Positions 51,461 through 57,477 of a stretch of 57,477 nucleotides of DNA are shown piece after piece (position 1 is the first letter of the stretch; each line of letters begins with the position of its first letter). This DNA comes from an uncultured Gemmatimonadales bacterium (GTDB lineage Bacteria; Gemmatimonadota; Gemmatimonadetes; JACCXV01; JAHWKZ01). The DNA lies in NCBI GenBank assembly GCA_947259315.1, contig CAMYLR010000026.1, positions 1-57,477 of the forward strand, written 5' to 3'. A model generated the notes under the pieces. The model made no database searches, was not told where the DNA came from, and saw only the letters and a list, made by a program, of their open reading frames with translations. The translations under genes and the position numbers were made by a program.

Positions 51461-52768
51461 TTAGCCTTTCAGCATCCAGCTCCACAGCTGGCGCACTGTC
51501 GGGCGCTTGCCAGTGGCCAGAATCGACACACGATACACGCGGCTGCCGATCCACAGAAACGCGGCACAGGCAAAGGTCAAGAACAATATCGATGCCGCTA
51601 TCTCCAGTCCCGGCACGTTGACCATCGTCGCACGGATCGGCATTACGACCGGTGACGTAAATGGGATGAGCGATCCGGTGACCGACGTGGGCCCGTCCGG
51701 GTCGTTGAGGACGGCAAACGCCATGAAAAACCCCATCATGAGCGGCAGGATCAACGGGAATTGCATCTGCTGGACTTCCTGATCGGAAGTCGATGCAGCG
51801 CCTACCGCGGCGTACATACTGGCGTACAGGAAGAATCCCCCGGTGAAATAGAAGAGAAAGACCAGACCGATCCATAGCGGGACCTGCGGCAGCTCAAATC
51901 CGAGGCCCCCGAACTGCTGCAGAAATCCTCGGCCAAACGTCAACGCGATACCGGCAAAGACGGCCCACACTGTGACCTGGAGGATCCCCGCGGCGGCGAT
52001 ACCCAGCACTTTGCCTGTCATGAGGTTCTCCGGTCTGATCGAGCTCAGCAGAACCTCCACGATCCGGTCCTTCTTCTCCTCCTGAATACTCCGCGCCACC
52101 GCGTAGCCGTAGATGATCACCAGGAAGTAGATCACGAACCCCATCAACTGGCCGAGCACCACCAGCGGTCCGGTTGATCCACGGGCTGTGTCACCCGCTT
52201 TCTTGGCTTCGAAGCCGACCTGCTCAAAGGCTTCGCCGACCGCGTCGGGGTCGATGCCGGCGACCTCCAATCGAGTACGCTGCACGGCGCGCTGCACGGC
52301 AGCTCGGATCTCGCTCATCTCGCCAAAGTTCGTGGCGTTGCTGCCTTCGTATTGGGCCTTGGCGCCGTCGAGCAAGCCATTCGGCAGCCAGAGGTAACCA
52401 TCGATCATTCTCGCCTCGACGGATTGTTTCAGAGAGCCGAGAACCGAGCCGGGTCCGGCGAGCGCCAGACCTCGCGTACTGGCGGGCACTGAGAGGTCGA
52501 TGACCTGACTCGTATAAAGTGTCTTTGAGCGGGCGGTCCCCCCGGTACCGGGGTCCGAGAACAGTGCCTCGGATACGCGCTCTCCGATCCCGAGACCCGA
52601 AGCATCCACGATCGCGATCGTTCGCTCGGCGCCACTGCTCAAGAAGTAGATCGGCAACACGAAAAACACGCCGATCATGAGCGGACCAAACAGCGTGCCG
52701 ATCACGTACGCTTTGCTCTTTGCAAAGACCAGGAACTCACGCCGGACGATGGCCCAGGTTCTAGACAT
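51461..52768 (-). CDS. ABC-2 type permease (NatB-like)
   Basis: IVRREF, EEKKDRIVEVLLSS, GKVLG, IPFTSPVVMP. Confidence 0.9.
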   Translation of the reverse strand: MSRTWAIVRREFLVFAKSKAYVIGTLFGPLMIGVFFVLPIYFLSSGAERTIAIVDASGLGIGERVSEALFSDPGTGGTARSKTLYTSQVIDLSVPASTRGLALAGPGSVLGSLKQSVEARMIDGYLWLPNGLLDGAKAQYEGSNATNFGEMSEIRAAVQRAVQRTRLEVAGIDPDAVGEAFEQVGFEAKKAGDTARGSTGPLVVLGQLMGFVIYFLVIIYGYAVARSIQEEKKDRIVEVLLSSIRPENLMTGKVLGIAAAGILQVTVWAVFAGIALTFGRGFLQQFGGLGFELPQVPLWIGLVFLFYFTGGFFLYASMYAAVGAASTSDQEVQQMQFPLILPLMMGFFMAFAVLNDPDGPTSVTGSLIPFTSPVVMPIRATMVNVPGLEIAASILFLTFACAAFLWIGSRVYRVSILATGKRPTVRQLWSWMLKG

Positions 52769-53777
52769 CGGTCCGCGTGCCCGTCTGTGGGTTGACGCCA
52801 ACTCTTTCGACAAAGATCTGTTGCAGTGACGGTTCGACACGAGCGAAGCGCTGGAGTCGGATCCCGTTGGTGACTAATGAGGCGAGGAGACTGTCCGAGT
52901 CGGTGCCGTCCACGAGCGTCACACCCCGGACGGCGCCTTTGCTGACACGCACCTTAGCCACGGGCGCATCCGTGCTGATCTCCACACCGCGGCGCCGCGC
53001 CTCCTGCGCCATCGCTTCGGCGATCGCGCCCATGCCACCAACGGCGTGGCCCCAGGCGCCTTTATCACCGTTCACTTCCCCAAGCATGTGGTGCAACAGA
53101 ACATATGCAGTGCCCGGCGTGTATGGGCTCGCGAAGGTACCGACGATGGCATCGAAGGCGAAGACTGCCTTGACGGGGGCAGCCTCGAACCAGGCGTCGA
53201 GCACTTCGCCGGCGCTTCGCGTCAGGAGCTCGAGCATGTCCCGCCGGCTTTTCATCGAAAGACGGTGCAAGCGACGGCCCAGCTTCAAAGCGCGCAGCAT
53301 GTCGGCCACGCCGCCACCGACGTTGGGCGGCGTCTCCAACATGAGATTTCTTAGCGCATCGGCGACGCGCTCTAGCATTTGGTAGTAAGCAGGTAAGCGT
53401 TCGGCATCTCGCGGCGAGAAGCGCGCAAACTCCTTTTGCGTGATCTGAAGCTCGCTGGCGAGCTTCAGATAGTCGTTATCAGGAAGCGGGACAAAGTTGG
53501 CGAGCGGCCGAGCCAAGAAACTGAGCCCGTGTTCGCTAAGGTTCAGGTCACGGATGATCTTGGGATTTAACAGGCTGACCGCATAGCTAGCCACCGAATT
53601 GCGAAATCCCGGGTGAAACTCGTCGGTAACAGCGGCGCCACCCACCACTTCGCGGCGTTCGAGTATGCGAACCTTGAACCCGGCCGCGGCAAGATAGCAA
53701 GCACATACCAGGCCGTTGTGTCCAGCGCCGATGATGACGACATCGTAAACGCCCTTCTTAGGCATGCTAGGTATCAA
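52761..53777 (-). pseudogene. Chimeric ORF: N-terminal ~290 aa of a phytoene-dehydrogenase-like FAD oxidoreductase fused to the last ~45 aa of an ABC ATPase
   Basis: IIGAGHNGLVCA, GGAAVTDEF.PG, GGMGAI, GVTLVDG followed by RFARVEPSLQQIFVERVG (DUF4162-like tail). Confidence 0.85.
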
Positions 53778-54311
53778 TCAAACTGGTCGTGATAGCTAAG
53801 GAAGATACGCTAGTTGGGGGTTGTGGCCCAAACCGCCGATTATCTGCCGTAGTGGCCACGGCGAATCAAAAACATACAGCAAAGCTGTCCAAAAACTAAA
53901 GGCTTGCAGGAACAAGAATCCTCATGGTCAAAGGCGGGCTAGTCGTGCACCACTGTGCATTTATGCCTATTTCGCGTCGCAAAAATGGTGGCGCCAGGGA
54001 ACGAAATTGTTGCCGGGCTATCAATAACTTTCCGATTTCTGTTCGGGACGCCGCCGCTGATAACGCCATTTCGCACTTCCTTGTTCGGCCAACCTGCCGC
54101 GGATAACCAGTCTTTCTAACACCATGTCCCTCAAACACGGCGACGATAACAATGTCGATGCTGTTACAGGCAACAATGTTGTTTCAGTTTTCCAACGTCA
54201 ATTGTATTGTACGTCCGAAGGACATATGTCGTTGAACAATCAATGCTTCGTCCATCTGGCAGAGGGACGGTCGGGTGGGCATTCACAGGCCGGTCACATG
54301 ACAAATTCTTC

Positions 54312-54749
54312 TCATTCACCCCACATCTGAACGCTAACCGTTCTGTCACGCGGCCCGTCCAGTTCGTATAGCATGAGTGACTGATACTGACCGAGGCTCA
54401 GCTCGCCGTCGCACACTGGGATCACCTCGCAACTGCCGAGCAGCATGGCTGCCAGATGGGAATGGGCGTTCTCGGGTTCATCCGGTGGGCAGTCGCGCAG
54501 ATGTATATCATTGTGAAGATATGTGTCCGTCGGCGGGATCAGGCGTTTCAGAAAATTTTTGACATCCTCGATCAGGCGTTGCTCGTTTTCATTGATTACC
54601 AACGCCGTAGTCGTATGGCGGGAAGTGACTGCCACAAAACCATTGCGGATGCCGCTCTGACGCAGGCAGTCATTTAACTGCGGTGTGATATCGTGCAGCG
54701 AAATATCATCGCCGGTGGTCAATTTGAGTTGAAATGACTTTATCCCCAT
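54312..54749 (-). CDS. yjbQ: YjbQ/UPF0047 family protein
   Basis: HTTTALVINENE, YLHND, NAHSHL, LGQYQ..ELDGPRDR. Confidence 0.9.
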   Translation of the reverse strand: MGIKSFQLKLTTGDDISLHDITPQLNDCLRQSGIRNGFVAVTSRHTTTALVINENEQRLIEDVKNFLKRLIPPTDTYLHNDIHLRDCPPDEPENAHSHLAAMLLGSCEVIPVCDGELSLGQYQSLMLYELDGPRDRTVSVQMWGE

Positions 54750-55025
54750 GCACGCTATTTAACCTCACTTTGTGCATAGGGAACCAGAGCCCGGTCTGCC
54801 CGCGCCCGCCCAGCCGATGAGTACGATGGTTTCCCGCAAGGCAGTGCCAACCGGCGTGAGGGGTTTCACAAGCTGCGATTAGTCAGACGCGCGGATTCTC
54901 CTGGCGAAGAGCTGTTTTCCAGCCTGCAGAGGGAATTCGCTGGCCGGCGCTCGGCGCGCCAAATCATCTTCAGCCATCGAATGATGCGTATAATCCTAAC
55001 GAATAACACAATAAGGAGGAGGCCC

Positions 55026-56243
55026 ATGGCCCTTATCTACATGCGAGATCTGCTCCAGCACGCCTACCGAAACGGCTACGCGGTGGGCGCATTTGACCTG
55101 GTCAGTCTAGATTTCCTGCAGGCGATCATGGATGCAGCCGACAGCTGCGATTCACCGGTCATTCTCAGCCTTGCCGAGTCACATTTTGATTATTTCGATT
55201 TCGAGTTGATCATGCCAGCTGTGGAGGCCGCGGCCATGCGGGCCAGGGTGCCGGTTGCCATTCACCTGGATCATGGGGCCTCGCTGGCCTCCGCTCAGAC
55301 CGCCATTCGTCTTGGCTGCAACGGGGTCATGGTCGATAACTCTTCGGCGCCATTGGCGGAGAATATTTCCCGCACGCGTGAGATTGTTACCATGGCCCAT
55401 GCCTGCGATATCCCGGTCGAAGGTGAGCTCGGTTATGTCGCCGGCGTGGAGGGCGAAGACGCAGAACGTCATCCGGGCGAGGTCGTTTATACCTCCGTTG
55501 AAGAGGCCAGCGATTACGTCGAACGTACCGGTGTCGATTTTCTCGCCGTGTCGATCGGCACCGTTCATGGACGTTTGCAAGGCGAACCGCAGTTAGATTT
55601 TGATCGGCTTGGGCAAATCAATGCAGCGCTGCGCCTGCCCCTGGTCATTCACGGTGGCACCGGTCTCGGGGATGATCAGTTCCGGCGGCTTATCGCCAAC
55701 GGCGTCGCCAAGATCAACTACTACACGGCCCTGTCCGATGCCGCCGGCAGCCGGATTGCCGCAAACCAGCAGCAGGGCGCCAGGGGTTATACCGGGTTGG
55801 TCGAGAATGTCCAGCATGAAATCCGCACGGAAGTGGCACGCTGCATGCAACTGTGGGGATGCGCCGGACGCGCCGAGGAAGTCGCCGCAGACTGTCGCCC
55901 CTGGCAGAACGTCGAACACCTCATTTTCTATAACCTCACCTGTTCCGATTGGGACGCGGCGCAGCTCATCGCCGAAGGCGAACGCGTACTGGCCACTATC
56001 CCCGGCGTCAGGAAAATATTTGCCGGCAAGACAGTCGATGAATCAGACCGCTTCCATTACTGCTGGCGTGTGAAGTTTGCCAGTCCGGCTGTGATTGACA
56101 CATATCGCGAGCACCCCGTGCACGTGAAGTACGCCGACACCTGGTTCCGCCCCAATGCGGGTGATCGTGTGACCATCGATTTTGCACCGGCCATTTCCGT
56201 CAGCAGGGAAGCTTCCGGGCAACCGGCATCGAAAGCCTCCTGA
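55026..56243 (+). CDS. Class II fructose/ketose-bisphosphate aldolase with C-terminal Dabb domain
   Basis: YAVGAF, HLDHG, EGELG, IGTVHG, HGGTG, KIN; tail IPGV...YREHPVH; AGGAGG RBS. Confidence 0.88.
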   Translation: MALIYMRDLLQHAYRNGYAVGAFDLVSLDFLQAIMDAADSCDSPVILSLAESHFDYFDFELIMPAVEAAAMRARVPVAIHLDHGASLASAQTAIRLGCNGVMVDNSSAPLAENISRTREIVTMAHACDIPVEGELGYVAGVEGEDAERHPGEVVYTSVEEASDYVERTGVDFLAVSIGTVHGRLQGEPQLDFDRLGQINAALRLPLVIHGGTGLGDDQFRRLIANGVAKINYYTALSDAAGSRIAANQQQGARGYTGLVENVQHEIRTEVARCMQLWGCAGRAEEVAADCRPWQNVEHLIFYNLTCSDWDAAQLIAEGERVLATIPGVRKIFAGKTVDESDRFHYCWRVKFASPAVIDTYREHPVHVKYADTWFRPNAGDRVTIDFAPAISVSREASGQPASKAS

Positions 56244-56344
56244 CACTGAGTCATGGGTTGCCGGCGCCTCATCCACGAGCACGGCGGCGCTTTCAGACCG
56301 GAGATAAACGGAAAAGCGCGCTGGTGCTAGCTTGATTCCCCGGT

Positions 56345-56651
56345 TTGTGGAAAGTGGATCAACCCGCAGTCACGGCGAAAGATGTTTGGACGGTCTATCA
56401 GGACTTGGAGGCACCCAAGCTTAGACGGATTCAAGGATTGCTCAGAAAACGTCGCCACCGATCCGGCAAAAGACGGGTTCGACCAATGCTGCTATTCTCG
56501 CCGACGGTGGGGAACTTATCGGCTTCGGTAGAGCCTCTTAGATTGGGCGGAAGATATTGGTCCGCTTAGGACTATCCTTGTCGACGCCGCAGCAGGTGAT
56601 TTTTACAGATTGGTGTTTGATGTCCAACTGAAACTGCCGGAGGTCAGATAA
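56345..56651 (+). pseudogene. Degraded GNAT acetyltransferase remnant
   Basis: Fragments in different frames: ADGGELIGFGRA-stop and RTILV..GDFYRLVF. Confidence 0.45.
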
Positions 56652-56655
56652 CATT

Positions 56656-57477
56656 TTGGCTAGAGAGACGCCGGTTCCGATACATAGGGCGAGCCGTTTA
56701 CTGCAGCTCGGTCGACTTACCGGGCGCATCGCCGGGGGGATGCTCAGTGAGGGTGCGAGGACTTTAGCCGCCGGGAAACCACTGAGGGCAGCCGATTTGT
56801 TGCTGACGCCGGCCAATGCCAGGCGTGTGGCGGATCGGCTTTCGGAAATGCGTGGTGCGGCGATGAAGGTCGGCCAATTGATTTCGATGGAGGCCGGCGA
56901 TTATCTGCCCCCCGAGCTAACCCAGATTCTGGCCACCCTGCGTGAGAACGCCCGCCCAATGCCGCTGGGTCAGGTAGCGGACGTGCTGGAAGGAGCCTGG
57001 GGAAAGGGGTGGGAACACGCATTTAAACGGTTTTCTTTCACGCCTCTTGCTGCCGCTTCCATCGGGCAGGTGCATGAAGCTACCACCAAGGATGCCCGGC
57101 ATCTCGCGATCAAGGTGCAGTATCCCGGCGTGCGAAAAAGCATCGACAGCGACGTCGACAACGTTTCAGCCCTGTTCAAACTGTTGCGCCTGGTTCCAAG
57201 CGACTACGACATTTCGACGCTGCTCGAGGAAGCCAAGCGGCAACTCCACCGGGAAGCGGATTATTGCGCCGAAGCACAAAGTATTACTGAATTCAGTACC
57301 TTCATCGGCGACGATTCCGACTTCGACCTCCCGACTGTGGATACGACACGGACCACCGCTGACGTGCTCACAATGTCCTTCGTTTCCGGTGCACCCATCG
57401 AATCCGTCGTCGATGCGCCACGCCGCGTCGGGAATCGGGTTGCGACAAGGTTGCTGGCCCTGGTCTTGAAGGAGGTG
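56656..57477 (+). CDS. ABC1/AarF/UbiB atypical kinase, COQ8-like (3'-truncated by window edge)
   Basis: Frame +1 open to the end, absent from ORF track: MRGAAMKVGQ, AAASIGQVH, AIKVQYPG, SIDSDVDN; GGAGG then TTG. Confidence 0.92.
   Translation, partial: MARETPVPIHRASRLLQLGRLTGRIAGGMLSEGARTLAAGKPLRAADLLLTPANARRVADRLSEMRGAAMKVGQLISMEAGDYLPPELTQILATLRENARPMPLGQVADVLEGAWGKGWEHAFKRFSFTPLAAASIGQVHEATTKDARHLAIKVQYPGVRKSIDSDVDNVSALFKLLRLVPSDYDISTLLEEAKRQLHREADYCAEAQSITEFSTFIGDDSDFDLPTVDTTRTTADVLTMSFVSGAPIESVVDAPRRVGNRVATRLLALVLKEV

Noticed and set aside
52761-53777. Novel oxidoreductase-ABC fusion protein
   Set aside because: Both halves are incomplete and coincide with a composition break; a chimera is more parsimonious
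53780-54310. Short ORFs in the AT-rich gap
   Set aside because: No RBS, motif or coding bias recognised

Overview
About 52.9 kb of GC-rich bacterial chromosome (gene style suggests a Gemmatimonadota/Acidobacteriota-like host; not provable here) joined at ~52,900 to a visibly more AT-rich segment that is probably from another locus or organism. Left part: ABC transporter genes, a stand-alone TaqI-like DNA-recognition protein, YbdK ligase, NhaC-family transporter, orphan zinc anti-sigma factor, ligA-grpE-dnaJ, sodA, tRNA-Glu, a MacAB-type exporter, a lipoprotein rhodanese and a CopC-CopD fusion. Centre (22-45.5 kb): a reductive pyrimidine catabolism supercluster (preTA, NCS1 permease, nitrilase-type ureidopropionase, class III aminotransferase, hydA) extended by a family III CoA-transferase, a non-CoA aldehyde dehydrogenase, a cupin and a dehydratase/imine-reductase pair. 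Nested inside it on the opposite strand is a TetR-headed class I benzoyl-CoA reductase operon (oah-dch-bcrCBAD-small CxxC protein-had). Right part: CGNR/ABATE regulator with tandem operators, EamA exporter, atypical CLC, ABC-2 permease, then YjbQ, aldolase-Dabb, a GNAT relic and an ABC1/UbiB kinase. At least four abrupt gene truncations or fusions (~995, ~10,780, ~12,040, ~52,900) suggest deletions or misassembly. All calls come from reading motifs; no database search was run.
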